Shown one piece after another: positions 22,075-35,744 of a DNA stretch of 64,000 bases. Source of the stretch: Bispira polyomma (taxonomy: Eukaryota); contig OZ287751.1 in NCBI GenBank assembly GCA_965649765.1, forward strand, positions 42,904,001-42,968,000. Reading direction: 5' to 3'. Position 1 is the stretch's first letter. Each line of letters starts with the position of its first letter. The notes beneath the pieces are model-generated. The model did not search any database. It saw only the letters and a list, made by a program, of their open reading frames with translations, and had not been told where the DNA came from. The position numbers and the translations under genes are program-made.

Positions 22075-23546
22075 TGTTATCTCTCTCAGTGGTTACAGAG
22101 AAATGAATCACTTGTTAATTAGAGCTCACGTCTTTTATAATGAAATTTCGGACGTCAAAGAAAGCCCCACAGACGTGACGTGATTCTTGTGTGTCTGGAT
22201 TGACAGGGGCTCTGAAATTTGTGTTAATAAGTCACAGGAATTTGTCTAATTTACTGGAGTAATTGATACATTCATTGAAATTTTTTCACAGAATCAATTT
22301 CTTACATATTCATCAGTCATATTCAATGTGTATTTGAAAAGTTAAGGCGTCTATTATTGCCAAAGTTCACTGAAAATGCATTTTCACTGCATGTGTGTAA
22401 TGATTAAAAAATTAAGTATTTTTTTCAAATTACCTTCAATATACCCTTTTAGTCATATTAAAGTAGCAATTTACACATATATATTATAGATTACATGTTT
22501 TCCTTGCATAATACTGTAAGAATTGGTCATTTAGTCTAATTGGAGGTGAATAACTGTGCATATGAAGTGGAGTCAGAAACACAAATTCTAATCTAGCAAC
22601 AAGCTACTTGGTGTGTTACACAGATAGGGCTGAAGCACAACCTGTGAGTTTATACATATCAATAAAGACACAACCAGTATGATTTTACAACAATGTAATA
22701 GCCACTTTTTTTGTAATTCCTCCCACCTAATTGTTTCTTTGATAATTTTTATATCACCTGCCTCACCCACCAGCTGTGATACTTTCTTTTCACACCGGTA
22801 AAGTTATGTACTTACTGCAGTCATGTCATACAATATTGTTTGTTTTTTATTCTTTCTATATAATTCCAGCAGATACCTGCCTTGGATATATTTCTGCAGA
22901 ATTATTAATCAACAATGTTTTCTTTATAAAGACCACATCATTAACTGTACAAAATGATGCTTTTCCCTTACAAATTTTGTGGCACCTTTGTTAAACTCAC
23001 ATACTTGATAGATTATACATATCGTGTATAAACTAACATACAGTATTTACATATTATATATATCACTTACAAAATCATATTTTGTGTCCTCTTATTGAAT
23101 GATGGTTATACACAGGTTTACACAACATGTCTTTTTGGCATATTTAGAGAGATTTCAGAAAAAATAAAAAATAATATTAGCTGGCCAAGGGATGAAAAAA
23201 AATTAGTATTTATAGAGGTGGTCTATTAACACAATTAATAAATAGTTAAATGTGTCTGAAAAAAGATTTCTCAGATTAGAATTGTGTACTTTGAGTGTGT
23301 CTAAAATATATATTAATTATATTAGAATTGTGTATTTTGAGTGGTCTTTGTTGTTAAAATATTTTTATGAAGCCAAAAAAAAAAAAAGACTTAATATTTG
23401 ATATGACATATACTCATAGATTTACACTATAAAATGATTACACTTGATAGAAAGGAATTCTCTCTGTAGAAAGATGAGGTTGGTCCTGAAAAGGACCTTT
23501 AATTTTAGTCACATGGACAAAACTCCAGCAGTGGCACTGTGGTGGT

Positions 23547-24110
23547 TTATTTCTTAGCCTTCTTTGGCTTTGCTGCTCGTTTAGCCTTTGGTTTCTTAGG
23601 CTTGGCCTTCCTTGCAGTCTTTTTGGCTGCCTTTGGTTTCCTCGATTTCTTGGCCTTACTCTTCTTAGCAGCAGCTTTCTTGGCCTTGGGTTTCTTAGCC
23701 TTCTTGACTTTCTTTGCCTTCTTGACTTTCTTCGCTTTCTTCTTCTTTTGCTTCTTGGTCTTTTTCTTTCTTGGAGCTTTAGGTACTTTTCCAACACGGA
23801 ACCTTCCAGAGGCACCAGTTCCAGATGCTTGCTTAAACACACCAGTGGTCACCCCTCTTTTCAGGCTCATCTTGATGTGTGGTGTTAACCTGTTCATGTC
23901 CACCCTGTTGTTGCCAGCAATGTGCTTTTTGATGGCAGCCAGTGAAGTTCCCTTGCGATCTTTGGAAGTTCTTAGAGCAGTTAAAATCATGGCCTGTACA
24001 GGAGGATGGGTGGCAGCCTTCTTTGGCTTCCTTGCCCTCTTCTTAGGAGAAGCAGCCCTCTTTGCAGGAGATCCCGACTTAGCAGGTGATCCAGACCTTG
24101 ATGCAGCCAT
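23547..24110 (-). CDS. H1: Histone H1 copy 9 (187 aa)
   Basis: Intact ORF, array member. Confidence 0.96.
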   Translation of the reverse strand: MAASRSGSPAKSGSPAKRAASPKKRARKPKKAATHPPVQAMILTALRTSKDRKGTSLAAIKKHIAGNNRVDMNRLTPHIKMSLKRGVTTGVFKQASGTGASGRFRVGKVPKAPRKKKTKKQKKKKAKKVKKAKKVKKAKKPKAKKAAAKKSKAKKSRKPKAAKKTARKAKPKKPKAKRAAKPKKAKK

Positions 24111-25582
24111 TGTTATCTCTCTCAGTGGTTACAGAGAAATGAATCACTTGTTAATTAGAGCTCACGTCTTTTATAATGAAATTTCGGACGTCAAAGAAAG
24201 CCCCACAGACGTGACGTGATTCTTGTGTGTCTGGATTGACAGGGGCTCTGAAATTTGTGTTAATAAGTCACAGGAATTTGTCTAATTTACTGGAGTAATT
24301 GATACAATCATTGAAATTTTTTCACAGAATCAATTTCTTACATATTCATCAGTCATATTCAATGTGTATTTGAAAAGTTAAGGTGTCTATTATTGCCAAA
24401 GTTCACTGAAAATGCATTTTCACTGCATGTGTCTAATGATTAAAAAATTAAGTATTTTTTTCAAATTACCTCCAATATACCCTTTTAGTCATATTAAAGT
24501 AGCAATTTACACATATATATTATAGATTACATGTTTTCCTTGCATAATACTGTAAGAATTGGTCATTTAGTCTAATTGGAGGTGAATAACTGTGCATATG
24601 AAGTGGAGTCAGAAACACAAATTCTAATCTAGCAACAAGCTACTTGGTGTGTTACACAGATAGGGCTGAAGCACAACCTGTGAGTTTATACATATCAATA
24701 AAGACACAACCAGTATGATTTTACAACAATATAATAGCCACTTTTTTTGTAATTCCTCCCACCTAATTGTTTCTTTGATAATTTTTATATCACCTGCCTC
24801 ACCCACCAGCTGTGATACTTTCTTTTCACACCGGTAAAGTTATGTACTTACTGCAGTCATGTCATACAATATTGTTTGTTTTTTATTCTTTCTATATAAT
24901 TCCAGCAGATACCTGCCTTGGATATATTTCTGCAGAATTATTAATCAACAATGTTTTCTTTATAAAGACCACATCATTAACTGTACAAAATGATGCTTTT
25001 CCCTTACAAATTTTGTGGCACCTTTGTTAAACTCACATACTTGATAGATTATACATATCGTGTATAAACTAACATACAGTATTTACATATTATATATATC
25101 ACTTACAAAATCATATTTTGTGTCCTCTTATTGAATGATGGTTATACACAGGTTTACACAACATGTCTTTTTGGCATATTTAGAGAGATTTCAGAAAAAA
25201 AAAAAAATAATATTAGCTGGCCAAGGGATGAAAAAAAATTAGTATTTATAGAGGTGGTCTATTAACACAATTAATAAATAGTTAAATGTGTCTGAAAAAA
25301 GATTTCTCAGATTAGAATTGTGTACTTTGAGTGTGTCTAAAATATATATTAATTATATTAGAATTGTGTATTTTGAGTGGTCTTTGTTGTTAAAATATTT
25401 TTATGAAGCCAAAAAAAAAAAAAGACTTAATATTTGATATGACATATACTCATAGATTTACACTATAAAATGATTACACTTGATAGAAAGGAATTCTCTC
25501 TGTAGAAAGATGAGGTTGGTTCTGAAAAGGACCTTTAATTTTAGTCACATGGACAAAACTCCAGCAGTGGCACTGTGGTGGT

Positions 25583-26137
25583 TTATTTCTTAGCCTTCTT
25601 TGGCTTTGCTGCTCGTTTAGCCTTTGGTTTCTTAGGCTTGGCCTTCCTTGCAGTCTTTTTGGCTGCCTTTGGTTTCCTCGATTTCTTGGCCTTACTCTTC
25701 TTAGCAGCAGCTTTCTTGGCCTTGGGTTTCTTAGCCTTCTTGACTTTCTTTGCCTTCTTCACTTTCTTCTTCTTTTGCTTCTTGGTCTTTTTCTTTCTTG
25801 GAGCTTTAGGTACTTTTCCAACACGGAACCTTCCAGAGGCACCAGTTCCAGATGCTTGCTTAAACACACCAGTGGTCACCCCTCTTTTCAGGCTCATCTT
25901 GATGTGTGGTGTTAACCTGTTCATGTCCACCCTGTTGTTGCCAGCAATGTGCTTTTTGATGGCAGCCAGTGAAGTTCCCTTGCGATCTTTGGAAGTTCTT
26001 AGAGCAGTTAAAATCATGGCCTGTACAGGAGGATGGGTGGCAGCCTTCTTTGGCTTCCTTGCCCTCTTCTTAGGAGAAGCAGCCCTCTTTGCAGGAGATC
26101 CCGACTTAGCAGGTGATCCAGACCTTGATGCAGCCAT
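25583..26137 (-). CDS. H1: Histone H1 copy 10 (184 aa; stem-loop carries a mismatch)
   Basis: Intact ORF; stem-loop reads GGTCCT-TTTC-AGAACC. Confidence 0.95.
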   Translation of the reverse strand: MAASRSGSPAKSGSPAKRAASPKKRARKPKKAATHPPVQAMILTALRTSKDRKGTSLAAIKKHIAGNNRVDMNRLTPHIKMSLKRGVTTGVFKQASGTGASGRFRVGKVPKAPRKKKTKKQKKKKVKKAKKVKKAKKPKAKKAAAKKSKAKKSRKPKAAKKTARKAKPKKPKAKRAAKPKKAKK

Positions 26138-27608
26138 TGTTATCTCTCTCAGTGGTTACAGAGAAATGAATCACTTGTTAATTAGAGCTCACGTCTTTTA
26201 TAATGAAATTTCGGACGTCAAAGAAAGCCCCACAGACGTGACGTGATTCTTGTGTGTCTGGATTGACAGGGGCTCTGAAATTTGTGTTAATAAGTCACAG
26301 GAATTTGTCTAATTTACTGGAGTAATTGATACATTCATTGAAATTTTTTCACAGAATCAATTTCTTACATATTCATCAGTCATATTCAATGTGTATTTGA
26401 AAAGTTAAGGCGTCTATTATTGCCAAAGTTCACTGAAAATGCATTTTCACTGCATGTGTGTAATGATTAAAAAATTAAGTATTTTTTTCAAATTACCTTC
26501 AATATACCCTTTTAGTCATATTAAAGTAGCAATTTACACATATATATTATAGATTACATGTTTTCCTTGCATAATACTGTAAGAATTGGTCATTTAGTCT
26601 AATTGGAGGTGAATAACTGTGCATATGAAGTGGAGTCAGAAACACAAATTCTAATCTAGCAACAAGCTACTTGGTGTGTTACACAGATAGGGCTGAAGCA
26701 CAACCTGTGAGTTTATACATATCAATAAAGACACAACCAGTATGATTTTACAACAATGTAATAGCCACTTTTTTGTAATTCCTCCCACCTAATTGTTTCT
26801 TTGATAATTTTTATATCACCTGCCTCACCCACCAGCTGTGATACTTTCTTTTCACACCGGTAAAGTTATGTACTTACTGCAGTCATGTCATACAATATTG
26901 TTTGTTTTTTATTCTTTCTATATAATTCCAGCAGATACCTGCCTTGGATATATTTCTGCAGAATTATTAATCAACAATGTTTTCTTTATAAAGACCACAT
27001 CATTAACTGTACAAAATGATGCTTTTCCCTTACAAATTTTGTGGCACCTTTGTTAAACTCACATACTTGATAGATTATACATATCGTGTATAAACTAACA
27101 TACAGTATTTACATATTATATATATCACTTACAAAATCATATTTTGTGTCCTCTTATTGAATGATGGTTATACACAGGTTTACACAACATGTCTTTTTGG
27201 CATATTTAGAGAGATTTCAGAAAAAATAAAAAATAATATTAGCTGGCCAAGGGATGAAAAAAAATTAGTATTTATAGAGGTGGTCTATTAACACAATTAA
27301 TAAATAGTTAAATGTGTCTGAAAAAAGATTTCTCAGATTAGAATTGTGTACTTTGAGTGTGTCTAAAATATATATTAATTATATTAGAATTGTGTATTTT
27401 GAGTGGTCTTTGTTGTTAAAATATTTTTATGAAGCCAAAAAAAAAAAAAGACTTAATATTTGATATGACATATACTCATAGATTTACACTATAAAATGAT
27501 TACACTTGATAGAAAGGAATTCTCTCTGTAGAAAGATGAGGTTGGTCCTGAAAAGGACCTTTAATTTTAGTCACATGGACAAAACTCCAGCAGTGGCACT
27601 GTGGTGGT

Positions 27609-28172
27609 TTATTTCTTAGCCTTCTTTGGCTTTGCTGCTCGTTTAGCCTTTGGTTTCTTAGGCTTGGCCTTCCTTGCAGTCTTTTTGGCTGCCTTTGGTT
27701 TCCTCGATTTCTTGGCCTTACTCTTCTTAGCAGCAGCTTTCTTGGCCTTGGGTTTCTTAGCCTTCTTGACTTTCTTTGCCTTCTTGACTTTCTTCGCTTT
27801 CTTCTTCTTTTGCTTCTTGGTCTTTTTCTTTCTTGGAGCTTTAGGTACTTTTCCAACACGGAACCTTCCAGAGGCACCAGTTCCAGATGCTTGCTTAAAC
27901 ACACCAGTGGTCACCCCTCTTTTCAGGCTCATCTTGATGTGTGGTGTTAACCTGTTCATGTCCACCCTGTTGTTGCCAGCAATGTGCTTTTTGATGGCAG
28001 CCAGTGAAGTTCCCTTGCGATCTTTGGAAGTTCTTAGAGCAGTTAAAATCATGGCCTGTACAGGAGGATGGGTGGCAGCCTTCTTTGGCTTCCTTGCCCT
28101 CTTCTTAGGAGAAGCAGCCCTCTTTGCAGGAGATCCCGACTTAGCAGGTGATCCAGACCTTGATGCAGCCAT
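27609..28172 (-). CDS. H1: Histone H1 copy 11 (187 aa; CRE-like sites mutated)
   Basis: Intact ORF; promoter ACGTGACGTG>ACCTAACGTG. Confidence 0.95.
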   Translation of the reverse strand: MAASRSGSPAKSGSPAKRAASPKKRARKPKKAATHPPVQAMILTALRTSKDRKGTSLAAIKKHIAGNNRVDMNRLTPHIKMSLKRGVTTGVFKQASGTGASGRFRVGKVPKAPRKKKTKKQKKKKAKKVKKAKKVKKAKKPKAKKAAAKKSKAKKSRKPKAAKKTARKAKPKKPKAKRAAKPKKAKK

Positions 28173-29645
28173 TGTTATCTCTCTCAGTGGTTACAGAGAA
28201 ATGAATCACTTGTTAATTAGAGCTCACGCCTTTTATAATGAAATTTCGGACGTCAAAGAAAGCCCCACAGACCTAACGTGATTCTTGTGTGTCTGGATTG
28301 ACAGGGGCTCTGAAATTTGTGTTAATAAGTCACAGGAATTTGTCTAATTTACTGAAGTAATTGATACATTCATTGAAATTTTTTCACAGAATCAATTTCT
28401 TACATATTCATCAGTCATATTCAATGTGTATTTGAAAAGTTAAGGTGTCTATTATTGCCAAAGTTCACTGAAAATGCATTTTCACTGCATGTGTGTAATG
28501 ATTAAAAAATTAAGTATTTTTTTCAAATTACCTTCAATATACCCTTTTAGTCATATTAAAGTAGCAATTTACACATATATATTATAGATTACATGTTTTC
28601 CTTGCATAATACTGTAAGAATTGGTCATTTAGTCTAATTGGAGGTGAATAACTGTGCATATGAAGTGGAGTCAGAAACACAAATTCTAATCTAGCAACAA
28701 GCTACTTGGTGTGTTACACAGATAGGGCTGAAGCACAACCTGTGAGTTTATACATATCAATAAAGACACAACCAGTATGATTTTACAACAATGTAATAGC
28801 CACTTTTTTTGTAATTCCTCCCACCTAATTGTTTCTTTGATAATTTTTATATCACCTGCCTCACCCACCAGCTGTGATACTTTCTTTTCACACCGGTAAA
28901 GTTATGTACTTACTGCAGTCATGTCATACAATATTGTTTGTTTTTTATTCTTTCTATATAATTCCAGCAGATACCTGCCTTGGATATATTTCTGCAGAAT
29001 TATTAATCAACAATGTTTTCTTTATAAAGACCACATCATTAACTGTACAAAATGATGCTTTTCCCTTACAAATTTTGTGGCACCTTTGTTAAACTCACAT
29101 ACTTGATAGATTATACATATCGTGTATAAACTAACATACAGTATTTACATATTATATATATCACTTACAAAATCATATTTTGTGTCCTCTTATTGAATGA
29201 TGGTTATACACAGGTTTACACAACATGTCTTTTTGGCATATTTAGAGAGATTTCAGAAAAAATAAAAAATAATATTAGCTGGCCAAGGGATGAAAAAAAA
29301 TTAGTATTTATAGAGGTGGTCTATTAACACAATTAATAAATAGTTAAATGTGTCTGAAAAAAGATTTCTCAGATTAGAATTGTGTACTTTGAGTGTGTCT
29401 AAAATATATATTAATTATATTAGAATTGTGTATTTTGAGTGGTCTTTGTTGTTAAAATATTTTTATGAAGCCAAAAAAAAAAAAAAGACTTAATATTTGA
29501 TATGACATATACTCATAGATTTACACTATAAAATGATTACACTTGATAGAAAGGAATTCTCTCTGTAGAAAGATGAGGTTGGTCCTGAAAAGGACCTTTA
29601 ATTTTAGTCACATGGACAAAACTCCAGCAGTGGCACTGTGGTGGT

Positions 29646-30200
29646 TTATTTCTTAGCCTTCTTTGGCTTTGCTGCTCGTTTAGCCTTTGGTTTCTTAGGC
29701 TTGGCCTTCCTTGCAGTCTTTTTGGCTGCCTTTGGTTTCCTCGATTTCTTGGCCTTACTCTTCTTAGCAGCAGCTTTCTTGGCCTTGGGTTTCTTAGCCT
29801 TCTTGACTTTCTTTGCCTTCTTCACTTTCTTCTTCTTTTGCTTCTTGGTCTTTTTCTTTCTTGGAGCTTTAGGTACTTTTCCAACACGGAACCTTCCAGA
29901 GGCACCAGTTCCAGATGCTTGCTTAAACACACCAGTGGTCACCCCTCTTTTCAGGCTCATCTTGATGTGTGGTGTTAACCTGTTCATGTCCACCCTGTTG
30001 TTGCCAGCAATGTGCTTTTTGATGGCAGCCAGTGAAGTTCCCTTGCGATCTTTGGAAGTTCTTAGAGCAGTTAAAATCATGGCCTGTACAGGAGGATGGG
30101 TGGCAGCCTTCTTTGGCTTCCTTGCCCTCTTCTTAGGAGAAGCAGCCCTCTTTGCAGGAGATCCCGACTTAGCAGGTGATCCAGACCTTGATGCAGCCAT
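29646..30200 (-). CDS. H1: Histone H1 copy 12 (184 aa)
   Basis: Intact ORF, array member. Confidence 0.96.
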   Translation of the reverse strand: MAASRSGSPAKSGSPAKRAASPKKRARKPKKAATHPPVQAMILTALRTSKDRKGTSLAAIKKHIAGNNRVDMNRLTPHIKMSLKRGVTTGVFKQASGTGASGRFRVGKVPKAPRKKKTKKQKKKKVKKAKKVKKAKKPKAKKAAAKKSKAKKSRKPKAAKKTARKAKPKKPKAKRAAKPKKAKK

Positions 30201-31671
30201 TGTTATCTCTCTCAGTGGTTACAGAGAAATGAATCACTTGTTAATTAGAGCTCACGTCTTTTATAATGAAATTTCGGACGTCAAAGAAAGCCCCACAGAC
30301 GTGACGTGATTCTTGTGTGTCTGGATTGACAGGGGCTCTGAAATTTGTGTTAATAAGTCACAGGAATTTGTCTAATTTACTGGAGTAATTGATACATTCA
30401 TTGAAATTTTTTCACAGAATCAATTTCTTACATATTCATCAGTCATATTCAATGTGTATTTGAAAAGTTAAGGCGTCTATTATTGCCAAAGTTCACTGAA
30501 AATGCATTTTCACTGCATGTGTGTAATGATTAAAAAATTAAGTATTTTTTTCAAATTACCTTCAATATACCCTTTTAGTCATATTAAAGTAGCAATTTAC
30601 ACATATATATTATAGATTACATGTTTTCCTTGCATAATACTGTAAGAATTGGTCATTTAGTCTAATTGGAGGTGAATAACTGTGCATATGAAGTGGAGTC
30701 AGAAACACAAATTCTAATCTAGCAACAAGCTACTTGGTGTGTTACACAGATAGGGCTGAAGCACAACCTGTGAGTTTATACATATCAATAAAGACACAAC
30801 CAGTATGATTTTACAACAATGTAATAGCCACTTTTTTGTAATTCCTCCCACCTAATTGTTTCTTTGATAATTTTTATATCACCTGCCTCACCCACCAGCT
30901 GTGATACTTTCTTTTCACACCGGTAAAGTTATGTACTTACTGCAGTCATGTCATACAATATTGTTTGTTTTTTATTCTTTCTATATAATTCCAGCAGATA
31001 CCTGCCTTGGATATATTTCTGCAGAATTATTAATCAACAATGTTTTCTTTATAAAGACCACATCATTAACTGTACAAAATGATGCTTTTCCCTTACAAAT
31101 TTTGTGGCACCTTTGTTAAACTCACATACTTGATAGATTATACATATCGTGTATAAACTAACATACAGTATTTACATATTATATATATCACTTACAAAAT
31201 CATATTTTGTGTCCTCTTATTGAATGATGGTTATACACAGGTTTACACAACATGTCTTTTTGGCATATTTAGAGAGATTTCAGAAAAAATAAAAAATAAT
31301 ATTAGCTGGCCAAGGGATGAAAAAAAATTAGTATTTATAGAGGTGGTCTATTAACACAATTAATAAATAGTTAAATGTGTCTGAAAAAAGATTTCTCAGA
31401 TTAGAATTGTGTACTTTGAGTGTGTCTAAAATATATATTAATTATATTAGAATTGTGTATTTTGAGTGGTCTTTGTTGTTAAAATATTTTTATGAAGCCA
31501 AAAAAAAAAAAAGACTTAATATTTGATATGACATATACTCATAGATTTACACTATAAAATGATTACACTTGATAGAAAGGAATTCTCTCTGTAGAAAGAT
31601 GAGGTTGGTCCTGAAAAGGACCTTTAATTTTAGTCACATGGACAAAACTCCAGCAGTGGCACTGTGGTGGT

Positions 31672-32235
31672 TTATTTCTTAGCCTTCTTTGGCTTTGCTG
31701 CTCGTTTAGCCTTTGGTTTCTTAGGCTTGGCCTTCCTTGCAGTCTTTTTGGCTGCCTTTGGTTTCCTCGATTTCTTGGCCTTACTCTTCTTAGCAGCAGC
31801 TTTCTTGGCCTTGGGTTTCTTAGCCTTCTTGACTTTCTTTGCCTTCTTGACTTTCTTCGCTTTCTTCTTCTTTTGCTTCTTGGTCTTTTTCTTTCTTGGA
31901 GCTTTAGGTACTTTTCCAACACGGAACCTTCCAGAGGCACCAGTTCCAGATGCTTGCTTAAACACACCAGTGGTCACCCCTCTTTTCAGGCTCATCTTGA
32001 TGTGTGGTGTTAACCTGTTCATGTCCACCCTGTTGTTGCCAGCAATGTGCTTTTTGATGGCAGCCAGTGAAGTTCCCTTGCGATCTTTGGAAGTTCTTAG
32101 AGCAGTTAAAATCATGGCCTGTACAGGAGGATGGGTGGCAGCCTTCTTTGGCTTCCTTGCCCTCTTCTTAGGAGAAGCAGCCCTCTTTGCAGGAGATCCC
32201 GACTTAGCAGGTGATCCAGACCTTGATGCAGCCAT
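31672..32235 (-). CDS. H1: Histone H1 copy 13 (187 aa; CRE-like sites mutated)
   Basis: Intact ORF; same promoter variant as copy 11. Confidence 0.95.
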   Translation of the reverse strand: MAASRSGSPAKSGSPAKRAASPKKRARKPKKAATHPPVQAMILTALRTSKDRKGTSLAAIKKHIAGNNRVDMNRLTPHIKMSLKRGVTTGVFKQASGTGASGRFRVGKVPKAPRKKKTKKQKKKKAKKVKKAKKVKKAKKPKAKKAAAKKSKAKKSRKPKAAKKTARKAKPKKPKAKRAAKPKKAKK

Positions 32236-33708
32236 TGTTATCTCTCTCAGTGGTTACAGAGAAATGAATCACTTGTTAATTAGAGCTCACGCCTTTTATA
32301 ATGAAATTTCGGACGTCAAAGAAAGCCCCACAGACCTAACGTGATTCTTGTGTGTCTGGATTGACAGGGGCTCTGAAATTTGTGTTAATAAGTCACAGGA
32401 ATTTGTCTAATTTACTGAAGTAATTGATACATTCATTGAAATTTTTTCACAGAATCAATTTCTTACATATTCATCAGTCATATTCAATGTGTATTTGAAA
32501 AGTTAAGGTGTCTATTATTGCCAAAGTTCACTGAAAATGCATTTTCACTGCATGTGTGTAATGATTAAAAAATTAAGTATTTTTTTCAAATTACCTTCAA
32601 TATACCCTTTTAGTCATATTAAAGTAGCAATTTACACATATATATTATAGATTACATGTTTTCCTTGCATAATACTGTAAGAATTGGTCATTTAGTCTAA
32701 TTGGAGGTGAATAACTGTGCATATGAAGTGGAGTCAGAAACACAAATTCTAATCTAGCAACAAGCTACTTGGTGTGTTACACAGATAGGGCTGAAGCACA
32801 ACCTGTGAGTTTATACATATCAATAAAGACACAACCAGTATGATTTTACAACAATGTAATAGCCACTTTTTTTGTAATTCCTCCCACCTAATTGTTTCTT
32901 TGATAATTTTTATATCACCTGCCTCACCCACCAGCTGTGATACTTTCTTTTCACACCGGTAAAGTTATGTACTTACTGCAGTCATGTCATACAATATTGT
33001 TTGTTTTTTATTCTTTCTATATAATTCCAGCAGATACCTGCCTTGGATATATTTCTGCAGAATTATTAATCAACAATGTTTTCTTTATAAAGACCACATC
33101 ATTAACTGTACAAAATGATGCTTTTCCCTTACAAATTTTGTGGCACCTTTGTTAAACTCACATACTTGATAGATTATACATATCGTGTATAAACTAACAT
33201 ACAGTATTTACATATTATATATATCACTTACAAAATCATATTTTGTGTCCTCTTATTGAATGATGGTTATACACAGGTTTACACAACATGTCTTTTTGGC
33301 ATATTTAGAGAGATTTCAGAAAAAATAAAAAATAATATTAGCTGGCCAAGGGATGAAAAAAAATTAGTATTTATAGAGGTGGTCTATTAACACAATTAAT
33401 AAATAGTTAAATGTGTCTGAAAAAAGATTTCTCAGATTAGAATTGTGTACTTTGAGTGTGTCTAAAATATATATTAATTATATTAGAATTGTGTATTTTG
33501 AGTGGTCTTTGTTGTTAAAATATTTTTATGAAGCCAAAAAAAAAAAAAAGACTTAATATTTGATATGACATATACTCATAGATTTACACTATAAAATGAT
33601 TACACTTGATAGAAAGGAATTCTCTCTGTAGAAAGATGAGGTTGGTCCTGAAAAGGACCTTTAATTTTAGTCACATGGACAAAACTCCAGCAGTGGCACT
33701 GTGGTGGT

Positions 33709-34272
33709 TTATTTCTTAGCCTTCTTTGGCTTTGCTGCTCGTTTAGCCTTTGGTTTCTTAGGCTTGGCCTTCCTTGCAGTCTTTTTGGCTGCCTTTGGTT
33801 TCCTCGATTTCTTGGCCTTACTCTTCTTAGCAGCAGCTTTCTTGGCCTTGGGTTTCTTAGCCTTCTTGACTTTCTTTGCCTTCTTGACTTTCTTCGCTTT
33901 CTTCTTCTTTTGCTTCTTGGTCTTTTTCTTTCTTGGAGCTTTAGGTACTTTTCCAACACGGAACCTTCCAGAGGCACCAGTTCCAGATGCTTGCTTAAAC
34001 ACACCAGTGGTCACCCCTCTTTTCAGGCTCATCTTGATGTGTGGTGTTAACCTGTTCATGTCCACCCTGTTGTTGCCAGCAATGTGCTTTTTGATGGCAG
34101 CCAGTGAAGTTCCCTTGCGATCTTTGGAAGTTCTTAGAGCAGTTAAAATCATGGCCTGTACAGGAGGATGGGTGGCAGCCTTCTTTGGCTTCCTTGCCCT
34201 CTTCTTAGGAGAAGCAGCCCTCTTTGCAGGAGATCCCGACTTAGCAGGTGATCCAGACCTTGATGCAGCCAT
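33709..34272 (-). CDS. H1: Histone H1 copy 14 (187 aa)
   Basis: Intact ORF, array member. Confidence 0.96.
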   Translation of the reverse strand: MAASRSGSPAKSGSPAKRAASPKKRARKPKKAATHPPVQAMILTALRTSKDRKGTSLAAIKKHIAGNNRVDMNRLTPHIKMSLKRGVTTGVFKQASGTGASGRFRVGKVPKAPRKKKTKKQKKKKAKKVKKAKKVKKAKKPKAKKAAAKKSKAKKSRKPKAAKKTARKAKPKKPKAKRAAKPKKAKK

Positions 34273-35744
34273 TGTTATCTCTCTCAGTGGTTACAGAGAA
34301 ATGAATCACTTGTTAATTAGAGCTCACGTCTTTTATAATGAAATTTCGGACGTCAAAGAAAGCCCCACAGACGTGACGTGATTCTTGTGTGTCTGGATTG
34401 ACAGGGGCTCTGAAATTTGTGTTAATAAGTCACAGGAATTTGTCTAATTTACTGGAGTAATTGATACATTCATTGAAATTTTTTCACAGAATCAATTTCT
34501 TACATATTCATCAGTCATATTCAATGTGTATTTGAAAAGTTAAGGTGTCTATTATTGCCAAAGTTCACTGAAAATGCATTTTCACTGCATGTGTCTAATG
34601 ATTAAAAAATTAAGTATTTTTTTCAAATTACCTCCAATATACCCTTTTAGTCATATTAAAGTAGCAATTTACACATATATATTATAGATTACATGTTTTC
34701 CTTGCATAATACTGTATGAATTGGTCATTTAGTCTAATTGGAGGTGAATAACTGTGCATATGAAGTGGAGTCAGAAACACAAATTCTAATCTAGCAACAA
34801 GCTACTTGGTGTGTTACACAGATAGGGCTGAAGCACAACCTGTGAGTTTATACATATCAATAAAGACACAACCAGTATGATTTTACAACAATATAATAGC
34901 CACTTTTTTTGTAATTCCTCCCACCTAATTGTTTCTTTGATAATTTTTATATCACCTGCCTCACCCACCAGCTGTGATACTTTCTTTTCACACCGGTAAA
35001 GTTATGTACTTACTGCAGTCATGTCATACAATATTGTTTGTTTTTTATTCTTTCTATATAATTCCAGCAGATACCTGCCTTGGATATATTTCTGCAGAAT
35101 TATTAATCAACAATGTTTTCTTTATAAAGACCACATCATTAACTGTACAAAATGATGCTTTTCCCTTACAAATTTTGTGGCACCTTTGTTAAACTCACAT
35201 ACTTGATAGATTATACATATCGTGTATAAACTAACATACAGTATTTACATATTATATATATCACTTACAAAATCATATTTTGTGTCCTCTTATTGAATGA
35301 TGGTTATACACAGGTTTACACAACATGTCTTTTTGGCATATTTAGAGAGATTTCAGAAAAAAAAAAAAATAATATTAGCTGGCCAAGGGATGAAAAAAAA
35401 TTAGTATTTATAGAGGTGGTCTATTAACACAATTAATAAATAGTTAAATGTGTCTGAAAAAAGATTTCTCAGATTAGAATTGTGTACTTTGAGCGTGTCT
35501 AAAATATATATTAATTATATTAGAATTGTGTATTTTGAGTGGTCTTTGTTGTTAAAATATTTTTATGAAGCCAAAAAAAAAAAAAGACTTAATATTTGAT
35601 ATGACATATACTCATAGATTTACACTATAAAATGATTACACTTGATAGAAAGGAATTCTCTCTGTAGAAAGATGAGGTTGGTCCTGAAAAGGACCTTTAA
35701 TTTTAGTCACATGGACAAAACTCCAGCAGTGGCACTGTGGTGGT

